Shown piece by piece: positions 17,742 to 28,075 of a stretch of 64,000 bases of DNA. A program made the translations under genes and the position numbers. This DNA is from a virus. How positions within the stretch are numbered: the stretch's first letter is position 1; each line of letters opens with the position of its first letter. The notes under the pieces are model-generated. The model made no database searches. It was not told where the DNA came from and was given only the letters and a program-made list of their open reading frames with translations. Where the stretch lies: positions 1 through 64,000 of the IMG/VR virus record IMGVR_UViG_3300021963_000062. One strand, 5' to 3'.

Positions 17742-17939
17742 GGCCCTACCTCCGAGAGATTTACTTCTTTTTTATATCAAACGAGAAGTTTAAGTAAACA
17801 TGAATCTCTCTTCTAAGGAGAGAAACCATCTTACCAAAACTGAATTGAAACGTTTTTGGTGCTTCAGGTTCTTCCCTCCTATTTCTTAATAATAATTCCA
17901 CACCTCTATTTATGTGTAGCTCATTAGGCTCACTCATAC

Positions 17940-18176
17940 TTAAATTACTGCAAGTTCTTTTAAGTATGAAATAGTATCGTTACATCCACCCAAATGTTTA
18001 TCGTCCATTACAACCTGAGGAAAAGTAGATCCTTTACCAAATTCTGAATAAAATTCTTCTTTGGTAAAATGTTCATCTAAAGTATAGACGACAAAATCTT
18101 TCCCACAAAGTTCAAGAACTTGTTTAATTTTATAGCAATATGGACATTCAGACTTGGAATAAACGGTAAATTTCAT
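17940..18176 (-). CDS. nrdC: Glutaredoxin (NrdC-like)
   Basis: CPYC, TFPQV, LGGC. Confidence 0.88.
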   Translation of the reverse strand: MKFTVYSKSECPYCYKIKQVLELCGKDFVVYTLDEHFTKEEFYSEFGKGSTFPQVVMDDKHLGGCNDTISYLKELAVI

Positions 18177-18258
18177 TTCATTTGGTGATGTTTTGTAATA
18201 TTTAGAGATGTGATTTATAATGAATAATACACCAAAACTTTAGTTGTGTCAATATATA

Positions 18259-18468
18259 CTACTCATTTAAAGGGTTTCCAGTACGCCAAGCTTTTGCGTC
18301 AGGGGCATCACACTTTGCGTCCCAAGATCGTACAAGCAACTCAGTGAACAACTCCATTTTTTCTGGATGAACAGAAGCTGGATTATCATTGATGGCTTCT
18401 TTGAGGGCAACAAGTTCTTTCCACTCTTCGTCCGTAAGGGGTTTGACACTGGATTGCGAGTAGGTCAT
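18259..18468 (-). CDS. Hypothetical protein
   Basis: SD GGAGA; LTDEEWKELVALKEAINDNPASVHPEKME. Confidence 0.65.
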   Translation of the reverse strand: MTYSQSSVKPLTDEEWKELVALKEAINDNPASVHPEKMELFTELLVRSWDAKCDAPDAKAWRTGNPLNE

Positions 18469-18570
18469 TGAATCTCCGTTTGATTGTGTTCAAATTCTAA
18501 CACACAATCTAATACTATCTAGTAGACTTAATTATTTCTTCGGGATTGCGTTACATAAAAGTAACAATTA

Positions 18571-18936
18571 TTACTCTAAAAATTTGTCTAGTGCATCCAG
18601 ATCAGATTTAAGTTCTTTTTCTTTTTTCTGGTCATGGTAATAAGTCCAAAGAGCATTGTGGACATCCATCAAATGATCTACCCAGAACCCCACTGGATAG
18701 ATGCCTAGTGCATCCTGAAGACCACGATGACTAGTTCCCTCATGTTCTGCCTTGCACATGATATGACAGATCGCCTGAACCATATCAAGTTTGTCTTCTT
18801 CAGAAAGCATAAAATACTTTCCTATGGCTCGTTGTTTAGCTTCTTCATTTTTCTTCTGAAGTTCTTTACATGCATCAGAATCCCACCACTTTTGGAGAGC
18901 ATTATTCAGTTGTGCATTTGACTCTTGTTCATTCAT
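18571..18936 (-). CDS. Hypothetical protein
   Basis: Packed ORF; start placed at MNEQE. Confidence 0.6.
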   Translation of the reverse strand: MNEQESNAQLNNALQKWWDSDACKELQKKNEEAKQRAIGKYFMLSEEDKLDMVQAICHIMCKAEHEGTSHRGLQDALGIYPVGFWVDHLMDVHNALWTYYHDQKKEKELKSDLDALDKFLE

Positions 18937-19405
18937 AGTGATACTGTTTCCACTCCTCAACATTGGTTCTTTCAAGATCAAAAAGCATTTTGTTAACGGG
19001 AGCCCGTGGTTTACGAGCCAATTTCATCCCAGTTTGTTCCAACATCATACTACCTTTTTTAGTATTGCAAGAACTACATGCAACGACTAAGTTTTCCCAA
19101 GTGTCTTCTCCACCTCTACACCTAGGGATGACATGATCAATAGTTAGTTTGGATTTTGCACCACAGTATTGGCAAGTATTATTATCCCGTTTGTAAATCA
19201 TTGAACGAGACGGACTGATGTTCATAATTTTAGATAAAGGAAGTTTCACATAGTTTAGTAGTCTTATTACTCTACTTGAGAGTACTTGTGCTTTCTCTTT
19301 TAACAAGAGGACTAAAGCTCTCTTCCAGTTCGTGAAATTGATTGGTTCATAACTAGAATTTAAAACCAATATTGTCTGATAGGGTGTTATTGGTAACTCA
19401 TGCAT
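18929..19405 (-). CDS. HNH endonuclease (McrA-like)
   Basis: LVLNSSYEP, RDNNTCQYCG, TIDHVIP, WENLVVACSSCNTKKG. Confidence 0.92.
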   Translation of the reverse strand: MHELPITPYQTILVLNSSYEPINFTNWKRALVLLLKEKAQVLSSRVIRLLNYVKLPLSKIMNISPSRSMIYKRDNNTCQYCGAKSKLTIDHVIPRCRGGEDTWENLVVACSSCNTKKGSMMLEQTGMKLARKPRAPVNKMLFDLERTNVEEWKQYHYE

Positions 19406-19434
19406 GACCGTTCTTATGAGCTATCACTATCTAG

Positions 19435-19668
19435 TCAAGATCCAAATGGGCCCCAACGACCCCTTTTAGAGTCATCATCACCATTCATCCTTTCCTCCAA
19501 CTTATCAATCAGTTTATCTGCAGAGATGAGGTTATCAATCTCCATAATCATATCTGCGATATGTTTTCCAATGAAAGGTTTTTCTTGACGTGCAGCATAT
19601 GCTAGAGCATTACGCAATGCAGCTTCTGCTTCTCTCAAACTGGTTTCAACTGATTCGGATAATGCCAT
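19435..19668 (-). CDS. Conserved cyanophage hypothetical protein
   Basis: MALSESVETSLREAEAALRNALAYAARQEKP. Confidence 0.7.
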   Translation of the reverse strand: MALSESVETSLREAEAALRNALAYAARQEKPFIGKHIADMIMEIDNLISADKLIDKLEERMNGDDDSKRGRWGPFGS

Positions 19669-19868
19669 TAGTATTTTACCGGAGGACTATTTTCACATTT
19701 TTCATAGAAAATCCCATTCTTGTAACAGGACATTCCAGGTTGATAATATTTTACCACAGATGGTGGATCTTGTCTAAAATTACAGAGTTCACCTTGTTTT
19801 GTCATGAAGTTATCAAAACAAAGACCAGCAACAAAGGGAGCAAGAAGTTGAATTGTATACATCAGCAC
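19668..19868 (-). CDS. Hypothetical Cys-containing protein
   Basis: Start and stop overlap both neighbours. Confidence 0.5.
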   Translation of the reverse strand: MLMYTIQLLAPFVAGLCFDNFMTKQGELCNFRQDPPSVVKYYQPGMSCYKNGIFYEKCENSPPVKY

Positions 19869-20776
19869 TCATCCATTCGGAGAGGTCGTGCTACTTTACG
19901 CAACAGATAAGAACCATCACCTTGATCCACCCATTCAACCTCATCACCTTCTTTCAGGTCTGTTGCTTCTAGAAGATCATCAGGGAATGTTACACAGTAA
20001 ATATTTTCGTCAGTGTCTTCATCTTTGACTTCTTCTACAGGGAGAATCCACTTCTTAGAAGGTTCGGAAGTACTATAACCATCGGCTTTAACAATGGTTT
20101 TTTCTAGAGATCCTACTTTACGTTTAGTTACGGTTTTGCCACCATCTGGAGATTCATAGATCCAACCATCTTCATACTTCAGACGAGTAGAGTCATTGCG
20201 GGACATCATATCAAGTTTTGCACGTTGATTATAATACTCGGCCTCACGCAGATTATATTCACGACATTTATCCTTCTCTTGGTCTGATGCTGCTTTATCG
20301 CACATCGCATTCAGTTCTTCTTCGGTATATTGTTTGTGTTCTTCTGGATAATAATTCTCTTCCCAAAAGTCATTCCAAGACTTCTGACATTCAGGAGATT
20401 TATCATCTTTATCACAACTCAGAGGTTTTTGGGCATTCGCAATCAGATACTCCAAATCACTATGTCCCCAAGGACGCATACCATCATCCTTTCCTTCATA
20501 GTATTCTCTTTCTGCAACTGCTGTTTCAAAGAGTTCTTTTTCTACTGATTTTTGAGCAACTACCGTTTCTTTCCAAGCTTTCTTGAACTTTACATCAAAC
20601 TCTTCAAGGTAGTAACCAAGAAACTCATAAGCAGCATTAGCCATGGCTTCTGCTCTATCATAATCGCTATTTTGAATTGACTCTGATACAACATCAATCA
20701 TTTCACGAGCAGAACAAATCTTAGATGTTACCATCTCAAGATCATTCATCACTTCCCAAACTTTGTTGTAACTCAT
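19862..20776 (-). CDS. Acidic mosaic protein with C-terminal AbrB/MazE-like domain
   Basis: C-term VTFPDDLLEATDLKEGDEVEWVDQGDGSYLLRKV. Confidence 0.6.
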   Translation of the reverse strand: MSYNKVWEVMNDLEMVTSKICSAREMIDVVSESIQNSDYDRAEAMANAAYEFLGYYLEEFDVKFKKAWKETVVAQKSVEKELFETAVAEREYYEGKDDGMRPWGHSDLEYLIANAQKPLSCDKDDKSPECQKSWNDFWEENYYPEEHKQYTEEELNAMCDKAASDQEKDKCREYNLREAEYYNQRAKLDMMSRNDSTRLKYEDGWIYESPDGGKTVTKRKVGSLEKTIVKADGYSTSEPSKKWILPVEEVKDEDTDENIYCVTFPDDLLEATDLKEGDEVEWVDQGDGSYLLRKVARPLRMDEC

Positions 20777-20957
20777 CTGCAACTTCCTCTAAGTTAAGTT
20801 TCAATTCAACTGTTTCCTCTATGATAGTCTTAATCTGTTCATCTGTCAACTTATTCAACCATTGCCATCTTTCATCATTAGGATCCCATTCAAATGCAAA
20901 TGATCCATCAGAATTTTCAATAATGTTTAAACCAGATTCGTGAAATTGTTTTTCCAT
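20742..20957 (-). CDS. Hypothetical protein
   Basis: ENSDGSFAFEWDPNDERW. Confidence 0.6.
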   Translation of the reverse strand: MEKQFHESGLNIIENSDGSFAFEWDPNDERWQWLNKLTDEQIKTIIEETVELKLNLEEVADELQQSLGSDE

Positions 20958-20961
20958 TTAA

Positions 20962-21543
20962 TTACTTTTTAAAAACTGACATTGAAGGTAAATATGGGTA
21001 ATCCCTGTGGCTCCATTTTTTACCGGGAATTTTTTTCCGCTCATTTAGTAATTCTATTCCAATTTTCGCCACTTCGGGAGTCATATAATAATGATAACCC
21101 ATAGTAGTTATATCTTGTTCAGCCCATGGACGATTAAAGTCTCTACCATCATAGGACATTTTCTTTAACGCATCATAGTCATCTTTATTTTGTAAGAGAA
21201 TCATACCACCTTTACCAAGATTTAAATGTTTACGAAATTGAAAACTTAAACACATAAATGTTCCAGGAATATATGCATTTTCTTCCCAAAGAACAGCAGC
21301 ATCAATAATATTAGTATTACCCAAATGATAATAGTCCGACCATTCTTCTTCTTTCCAACTCCAATTTAATCCAAGTTTAATGCACGTCATGGGGACGGAA
21401 ACATAAGTCCTGGTTGGAATTATAATATTGTCATATCCAGTATATCTTAAACAGAGTTCTAGTGCATGTGTACAACAATCTGTAGAAACTGCATAAGGAG
21501 CTCCGAAAAACTCTGCAATTTGTGATTCGAATTCTTCTATCAT
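20962..21543 (-). CDS. Short DegT/DnrJ-family PLP aminotransferase-like protein
   Basis: FESQIAEFFGAPYAVSTDCCTHALEL, IIDAA, SFQFRKHL..GGM. Confidence 0.8.
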   Translation of the reverse strand: MIEEFESQIAEFFGAPYAVSTDCCTHALELCLRYTGYDNIIIPTRTYVSVPMTCIKLGLNWSWKEEEWSDYYHLGNTNIIDAAVLWEENAYIPGTFMCLSFQFRKHLNLGKGGMILLQNKDDYDALKKMSYDGRDFNRPWAEQDITTMGYHYYMTPEVAKIGIELLNERKKIPGKKWSHRDYPYLPSMSVFKK

Positions 21544-22388
21544 AATACAAAATTTCTATTAATATTATTTGAACCTATTTTATTTGATAATTGATTTAGA
21601 TTTAAATAAAAATCGGCACTAGAGTGGTAAAGATGAAATTGTTCTAAACCAGCATAATCTTTACACTTTTTCCACCATAAAGAATAAAGTTTTTTATTAT
21701 TTTTGAGATCTTCTTTAGTAAAATATTTGTCTTTTGTAAGTTCTGGATGTCTTGGAAACATTGGTATAGCATAACTTTTCCCACATTGATTCATAAAATA
21801 ATGTAAGGGTATTAAACCATTTTCATTTTTCCAAAATCTATTGGATATTTTTTGAAAAAAATTATACTTCTCCGAGACGTAATGAAATTTTACTAGTTTT
21901 TCTGCATATTTTCTATTTAAGAGTGTCATTCCAGTTCCATGCGAATCTCTCATTGGATGCAAAAAACATGGTAAAATATTCAATTTATCTTCAAATCCAA
22001 GCAGGATAGAATCGAAATCATGAGGAATATTTTTCATAAAATAATCCCAGTTCCATTCATCATAGAAATATTCAACGTAACTATAATCAATATGATCAGG
22101 CATAATGATCATATATTTTTCCGTTGTATTTTCTAACCATCTCTTAATTGTATCAATATACAAAATTGATTGGCTAATCTCTGATTGAAGTTCAAAAGTT
22201 ACTTTATGATCATTATACACCAAATGACGCCATCTTGCAAAATCTTCAGACCTGAATTGTAAATTTGATACTCTTGTAAAATTTGATATTCCAATATTAA
22301 TTAAATTTTGTTCAGTGTATTCTCTTAAATCCGTTCTCTCTTCTAAATTTATATAATAAATGTGAGGTATATTTTCAAATCTATCCAT
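21540..22388 (-). CDS. GT25-like glycosyltransferase paralog (degenerate acidic motif)
   Basis: IYYINLEERTD; MPDH in place of EDD. Confidence 0.65.
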   Translation of the reverse strand: MDRFENIPHIYYINLEERTDLREYTEQNLINIGISNFTRVSNLQFRSEDFARWRHLVYNDHKVTFELQSEISQSILYIDTIKRWLENTTEKYMIIMPDHIDYSYVEYFYDEWNWDYFMKNIPHDFDSILLGFEDKLNILPCFLHPMRDSHGTGMTLLNRKYAEKLVKFHYVSEKYNFFQKISNRFWKNENGLIPLHYFMNQCGKSYAIPMFPRHPELTKDKYFTKEDLKNNKKLYSLWWKKCKDYAGLEQFHLYHSSADFYLNLNQLSNKIGSNNINRNFVL

Positions 22389-23274
22389 TACTGCTATTAC
22401 GGTTCTTATACCAAGGCATATTCATATTTAGTATCATTTTCGGATCATTGGGTTTACCATAAGTGAAAAAATCATCAAGAGTAAATTCATCTTTCATTTT
22501 AGTCCACCAAAGTATGTGCGCTTTATTTGATGTGATGTGATGTGGTTTTGGGGGATCATCTAACCAAGGATTTGATGTAAATACTGGCAATTGATACACC
22601 TTTCCATTATGTCCCATAAACTCATCTACATCGAGAACCGTTATTCTAACGTCACTATCAGCATTGGATTTATTTGGCAAAAAAGTATATATTCTCTCGG
22701 GTTCTATATAATTTGATTTATTGACTCTATTCACTTTTTTGATGAAATTGTATTTGTTATCTTTATAATACAAAGATAACAATTTTTCACCATATGATCT
22801 CCTGATCAAAAGTGGACCATTCCAAGTAATTAATTTCTTTGGATGCAAAAAACAATATATCCTTATATCTGAATTATACATCAATTGTATAGCATCCCAA
22901 TCATAAGGAAGATTATCCATTAAATATTGCCAATCAAAATGCCAGTACTCAACCAAACTTATGTCAGTATCATCTTCCATTATGATCATATATTCTTCTG
23001 AAGTTTCTTCAAGCCATTTTCTTATGGTTTCTAAGTGAGACAATGATACGCATACAGATCTTCTTCTATCGGCAGGAATAATGTATGAAAAATGAACAAG
23101 ATCTTTCCACGTTTTAATGTCATCCTTTAAAAATTCAGAAGCATTTACCCTAGAAAATTTTTCAATACCCCATTGATTAAATTGATTTTCCATGAACTCT
23201 CTTCGATCTTTGCGATCTTCCAAGTTAATGTAGTAAATATGAGGTATTCCTTCTAATTTTTTGTGTAAAGTCAT
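22381..23274 (-). CDS. GT25-like glycosyltransferase
   Basis: YYINLEDRKDRR, LSHL, MEDD, PYDWDAIQL. Confidence 0.78.
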   Translation of the reverse strand: MTLHKKLEGIPHIYYINLEDRKDRREFMENQFNQWGIEKFSRVNASEFLKDDIKTWKDLVHFSYIIPADRRRSVCVSLSHLETIRKWLEETSEEYMIIMEDDTDISLVEYWHFDWQYLMDNLPYDWDAIQLMYNSDIRIYCFLHPKKLITWNGPLLIRRSYGEKLLSLYYKDNKYNFIKKVNRVNKSNYIEPERIYTFLPNKSNADSDVRITVLDVDEFMGHNGKVYQLPVFTSNPWLDDPPKPHHITSNKAHILWWTKMKDEFTLDDFFTYGKPNDPKMILNMNMPWYKNRNSSNG

Positions 23275-23277
23275 TGT

Positions 23278-24162
23278 TCAATAACTAACTTTTAAATTAA
23301 GTTCGATTCTTTTATCAGAATTTCTACTAAAAATATCTTCAAGAGTATATTTATTTTCAATAAACTTTTTCCACCACTCTAATGTTACTAGATCGGATTT
23401 TTTAGCCATAAAATTGTTAGAATTTTTATAACTATCACTGAGAAAATCAGAGTTTGTGATAAAGAGGGGAAAAGTGTAAGTAACTCCTATTTTGTAGGGT
23501 ACAAAATCTGCAGATTGATAATGATACTTTAACCAAGATGAGTTATATCCATAGTTATCATAGAATTGAAACTTATCTTCGATATAATGCATCTGTTTAA
23601 GTTTTGAAGCAAAATTTCTATTAATTAGATAACAAGCTGCAGAATGATTATTATTGGATCTATCACTGAGTCCCATGGGAACAAAATATTCACCAATTAC
23701 ATGCAATTGAACACAGTCCCAATTGCAAGGTAACTTAGAAAAAAAATATTCCCAAGTGAAAGGCCAATATTTTGCGGTTAAAAAATTTACATCGTCTTCT
23801 GCAATAATACAATAATCCGATGTATTTGAATCATACCAATCAATAATAACTTGAAATTGATTCAGAAGTGTTGATAATCTTGCAATTTCATTTGATGGTT
23901 CGCACAAAATTTTAGTCTTCCACAAGTCAAAAGTATTAATTGAAAATCTATTAGCGGAAGTTCTAGTAAAATTTTTTATTCCTAATATTTGAAATTGTTT
24001 TTCAATATATTCTCTTTTATCTTGTCTTTCATCTAAATTTAAATAAAATATATGAGGTATTTTTTTAAATTTAAACCTCAAATTATTAACAACATCTGTA
24101 GATTTTTTAGAGGAATAACTATTCTCCTGAGTGTGAGTGTCCATACTCTTTCCTCGTATCAT
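23278..24162 (-). CDS. GT25-like glycosyltransferase
   Basis: FYLNLDERQDKR, AEDD, PCNWDCVQL, SAACYLINR. Confidence 0.78.
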   Translation of the reverse strand: MIRGKSMDTHTQENSYSSKKSTDVVNNLRFKFKKIPHIFYLNLDERQDKREYIEKQFQILGIKNFTRTSANRFSINTFDLWKTKILCEPSNEIARLSTLLNQFQVIIDWYDSNTSDYCIIAEDDVNFLTAKYWPFTWEYFFSKLPCNWDCVQLHVIGEYFVPMGLSDRSNNNHSAACYLINRNFASKLKQMHYIEDKFQFYDNYGYNSSWLKYHYQSADFVPYKIGVTYTFPLFITNSDFLSDSYKNSNNFMAKKSDLVTLEWWKKFIENKYTLEDIFSRNSDKRIELNLKVSY

Positions 24163-25000
24163 AAGTATTATATTGTATTGGGATTATCATTTCTCTTCTA
24201 CGAACAGTATTTGTAGAAAATAAATCCTGCAAAGAAAATCTATCAGAATCTTCTTTCCACCATTTAGCAATAGTAAAATCGGATTTTTTAGCCATCATAT
24301 TAATTTTTCCATCATAACAATCACTACCAAAATTTGAATTGGTTATGAAAAGTGGAAAAGTATAAGTAATTCCTATTTCAAAGGGAACAAAATCGGGAGA
24401 TTGATAATGATATTCTGGCCAAAATTTACTATATCCATAGTTGTTATAAAAAGTAAATTTATTATCAATGTAGTGCATATTGATTAATTTTTCTACGTAT
24501 CTTCTATTAATCAAATATGCTGTGGCTCCATGATTATTTCTAGATCTTACAGTAAGTCCCATAGGAATCCATTTACCTCCAATAACCTGCAATTGAACAC
24601 AATCCCAATTACAAGGTAAATTTGATATGAAGTATTTCCAATCAAAAGGCCAAAACTTTACTGTATCTAAATTTAAATCATCTTCTGCGATTATACATGT
24701 TTCCGAAATATTATCATTATACCAATCTATTATACTTTGAAATTGGTTAACTAAAATTGAAACATAACAAATATTATCTTTTCTAACATACTTACCGTAT
24801 TCTGCAACTGTTAATTTTGATTTCCATTCATCAAAATTATGTGGTCCATACCTATCTGCGGAAATACGAACATAATCTATAATTCCATACTTCTCAAAGT
24901 GTTCTTCCATATATATTTTTCTATCTTCTCTCTTGTCGAGATTTAAATATCTAATATGGGGAAGGCCTTCCAATTTAGAATGGATTTTAGTTTCATTCAT
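24119..25000 (-). CDS. GT25-like glycosyltransferase
   Basis: YLNLDKREDRK, AEDD, PCNWDCVQL, ATAYLINR. Confidence 0.78.
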   Translation of the reverse strand: MNETKIHSKLEGLPHIRYLNLDKREDRKIYMEEHFEKYGIIDYVRISADRYGPHNFDEWKSKLTVAEYGKYVRKDNICYVSILVNQFQSIIDWYNDNISETCIIAEDDLNLDTVKFWPFDWKYFISNLPCNWDCVQLQVIGGKWIPMGLTVRSRNNHGATAYLINRRYVEKLINMHYIDNKFTFYNNYGYSKFWPEYHYQSPDFVPFEIGITYTFPLFITNSNFGSDCYDGKINMMAKKSDFTIAKWWKEDSDRFSLQDLFSTNTVRRREMIIPIQYNTYDTRKEYGHSHSGE

Positions 25001-25946
25001 AACGATTGTCTTTCAATGAACTCAATTTATTTAGTAAATCATTGTTATCTTGAATACTAGTTACAATGAATTCAAAATGATCGATATTATTTTTAGTAAT
25101 AAAAAAATCATTAGGTTTTCCATACATAAAAAAATCTTCCAGAGAATACCTATCCCTTAAAGTTTTCCACCACAATTTTACAGCTCTATCCGTAAAATGT
25201 AAAGCAGGAAAATCTTCATTTCTTACTATTTTATGAGAATAACTACCTATAGTTGTATTTTGGGTTATTAATGGCAAACAATATGTTTTTCCACAATGCC
25301 CCATAATATAATCAAATGACATATTTGGATGTCTCCATTTATTATTTTGTAATGAAGAGTGTTCACCAAGTTTACACCTTTTATAATTTCCTATTCTTTT
25401 TCTTAAATCAAACTTACCATCGGTGGTTGTCACTCTTACTATTTTTTCGACATATTTTCTATTCAATAAAGCACCACCCATAGCATGATCTGGCAAAATT
25501 GGATGTAAAAAACAGGGTATTAGTTCATTATTTTCAAATGATATTAGTATACAATCCCAATCAAAGGGGATTGTATTCATGAGATGTTCCCAATCAAAGT
25601 GCCAATAATCAATGTAACTCAGATCATAATCATCTTCCATCAAAAGAATTTGATCCTCATCAGTAGTTTCTAACCAAGTTTTTAAGAAGTCTAAGTAAGA
25701 AAAAGTTCCCGCACACTCTATAATGTGTAAATTTGGTCTTGGTGAACTATAAACATCATTCAATATCAATTGATTCTTCCATTCATCAAAATTTTCATAT
25801 CTATATTTTGATGTGGAATGTCTTGTATAATTTTTTATTTTATATTTTTCATATTGAGTTTCGGTATATTCTCTTCTATCTGGCCTTTCATCAAGATTGA
25901 GGTAATATATTTTTGGAAGTCCTTTTAGTTTATTATTTAAATTCAT
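24993..25946 (-). CDS. GT25-like glycosyltransferase
   Basis: YYLNLDERPDRR, MEDD, PFDWD. Confidence 0.78.
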   Translation of the reverse strand: MNLNNKLKGLPKIYYLNLDERPDRREYTETQYEKYKIKNYTRHSTSKYRYENFDEWKNQLILNDVYSSPRPNLHIIECAGTFSYLDFLKTWLETTDEDQILLMEDDYDLSYIDYWHFDWEHLMNTIPFDWDCILISFENNELIPCFLHPILPDHAMGGALLNRKYVEKIVRVTTTDGKFDLRKRIGNYKRCKLGEHSSLQNNKWRHPNMSFDYIMGHCGKTYCLPLITQNTTIGSYSHKIVRNEDFPALHFTDRAVKLWWKTLRDRYSLEDFFMYGKPNDFFITKNNIDHFEFIVTSIQDNNDLLNKLSSLKDNRYE

Positions 25947-25950
25947 AAAT

Positions 25951-26832
25951 TTACAGACCAGAAAATTTAGAATCGACCCTAAGAATTAAATCATTCGATT
26001 TTCCATAACTAAAAAATTCTTCTAAAGTATAATTGTCTCTAAGTATTTTCCACCATTTATGATAGAGTTCTTTTATATGAGAATAAAATTCGGGAAAATC
26101 CACCCTCATAAAATTACTATCATAAGACCCAAGATTCGGGTTTAGATATATCAAAGGGATAGAATATCCTTTTCCATTTTTTGAAAAAACATAATCTGGA
26201 ACTAATCCAAGAGTACCAGATTGTTTTGTCCATTTATTAGAAGATACCATTTGATGAAAATTTACTTTTCCTTCATTAGTGTAGTGAATTCTGATTAATT
26301 TTTCAGCATACCCTCTATTAATTAATAGAGGACCAGTCCAACTTCTATCCATCGTAGGATGTAAAAAACAAGGAATTCCAGTTCCATTTGTAACCTCAAA
26401 TTGAATAACATCCCAGTCATATGGTATGTGATTCATGAGATATTCCCAATCAAAGTGCATGTATTCTATCATGCTCAAATCATGGTCATCTTCCATAAGA
26501 ATAATATATTTCTCATTGGTAGTCTCAAGCCAATTTTTAATGGTTTCTAATTGATTTAAAATATGAGCAGTCTCAATTACATATTTTTGATACTTTAATT
26601 CTCCATAATCATAAGGAAAAGTATCTTCAAAAAAGTTCCAGTCGGGATTTAAAATTACTAAATGTTTCCAATCATCATAATTTCCAGGAGTATATTTAGA
26701 ACTAGAAACTCTTTTATGGCCAATTTTCCAAAAATCAAACTGAGATTCCATGTATATTTGTTTATCCTGTCTGGAATCTAAATTAAAATAGTATACTTTT
26801 GGTATACCTTTTAATTTATCGATCATTTTCAT
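25951..26832 (-). CDS. GT25-like glycosyltransferase
   Basis: YYFNLDSRQDK, MEDD, PYDWDVIQ. Confidence 0.78.
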   Translation of the reverse strand: MKMIDKLKGIPKVYYFNLDSRQDKQIYMESQFDFWKIGHKRVSSSKYTPGNYDDWKHLVILNPDWNFFEDTFPYDYGELKYQKYVIETAHILNQLETIKNWLETTNEKYIILMEDDHDLSMIEYMHFDWEYLMNHIPYDWDVIQFEVTNGTGIPCFLHPTMDRSWTGPLLINRGYAEKLIRIHYTNEGKVNFHQMVSSNKWTKQSGTLGLVPDYVFSKNGKGYSIPLIYLNPNLGSYDSNFMRVDFPEFYSHIKELYHKWWKILRDNYTLEEFFSYGKSNDLILRVDSKFSGL

Positions 26833-26836
26833 TTAA

Positions 26837-28042
26837 TTATATGTACCAAGTTATAACAGAATATCTAGTACCTTCCGTAACTGGCATTATTTCGTGAGGA
26901 TACATAAAATTTGATGGGAATACAATTACAGATCCCTGACCGGCTTTAATTACAAGTTCTCTATCAAAGAAAGCAAATTCTCCGCCGGAGTAATTATCAT
27001 TGATACACACTGAACAAGAAATACTTCTCTGTTGTTGCAAAAATGAGTCCGTATGTTGTGTGTAAAATTGGCCACTTTCGTAACGAAGAAGATCATATCC
27101 AGTGTCAATACTGGGACAAAAGTCTGGAAATTCTTCGGAATACCTTTTAACAACTTCTAAAAGTTGTTGATGTAGTTCAACATCGATGAATTTCCTTATT
27201 TCAAAATTTTTATCTATAACCTGAGGATCGGAAATTTGCACAACACTACAATTTCTTATATTTGAATTTACTATTCCTTCCCCAACCATAGTAGCATTCC
27301 AGTGGTCTCCACTAGTATATTCGTTTAGAATTTTATTACATAGTTCTGTAGTAACAATATTATCGTAAACCTTAATAAAATCTTCTAATTTTCTAGTAGA
27401 CTTATATGTTACTATAGAAGGAGACTCTTTTGTTTCAATAATTTCTTGAGTTTTTGATTCTGATTTTTCAAATACTTCTTCTTTATCTGGGGTTCCAATC
27501 TTACCTTTTTCTCTATTATCAAAATAAGCATAAGAACATTCACCACGACTTCTTACATAGTGCAAAAAAACCTGGGAATAATAACTACCTTGATATTCAT
27601 CTCTCCAATGAGGTGCAATGCGGCCGAGATAAAGCATTGCATCTCCAGGATTTAGACTTACAAATTTTTTCTGTTGTTGTGGAGTCTCAATCCAAATTGG
27701 CCAAGGGTGATCACCATCAAGGTGCAAAGTGAGAGAAATTTCACAAGCATCTCGATCAGTATGTTTTTCTAAAACAGATCCTTCCTTATACACCCTTGCA
27801 TAAGAGTATGTTGGTAGTACTGTTTCTTCCAACAAAGTGGAAACCTCTGGAGTTTTTTCACATAATAATTCTAAAAAAGATATATGATTATAAATTGCGT
27901 GAGAGTTTGGGGCTTGATTGTCACCAGGAAACTCATTATTTTCACAATGGGTTTTGAATTCTTCTGATAAAACTTTTGCTCTATCAGAAGAAATAAAATT
28001 CGGAATTACCAAGTAGTTGTTTTCAATTAATTTAGAATTCAT
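26837..28042 (-). CDS. Two-domain 2OG-Fe(II) oxygenase (prolyl-hydroxylase-like)
   Basis: Domain 1 HTDR..HWR..VFLHY; domain 2 HTDS..YSGGE..FPSNFMYPH..RYSVITW. Confidence 0.85.
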   Translation of the reverse strand: MNSKLIENNYLVIPNFISSDRAKVLSEEFKTHCENNEFPGDNQAPNSHAIYNHISFLELLCEKTPEVSTLLEETVLPTYSYARVYKEGSVLEKHTDRDACEISLTLHLDGDHPWPIWIETPQQQKKFVSLNPGDAMLYLGRIAPHWRDEYQGSYYSQVFLHYVRSRGECSYAYFDNREKGKIGTPDKEEVFEKSESKTQEIIETKESPSIVTYKSTRKLEDFIKVYDNIVTTELCNKILNEYTSGDHWNATMVGEGIVNSNIRNCSVVQISDPQVIDKNFEIRKFIDVELHQQLLEVVKRYSEEFPDFCPSIDTGYDLLRYESGQFYTQHTDSFLQQQRSISCSVCINDNYSGGEFAFFDRELVIKAGQGSVIVFPSNFMYPHEIMPVTEGTRYSVITWYI

Positions 28043-28075
28043 GAGTAAATTATATAAATCTAGTTTTATTTAAAA

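Noticed and set aside
18259-18468. Possible nblA
   Set aside because: Lacks the LSLEQxF pattern of NblA; left as hypothetical
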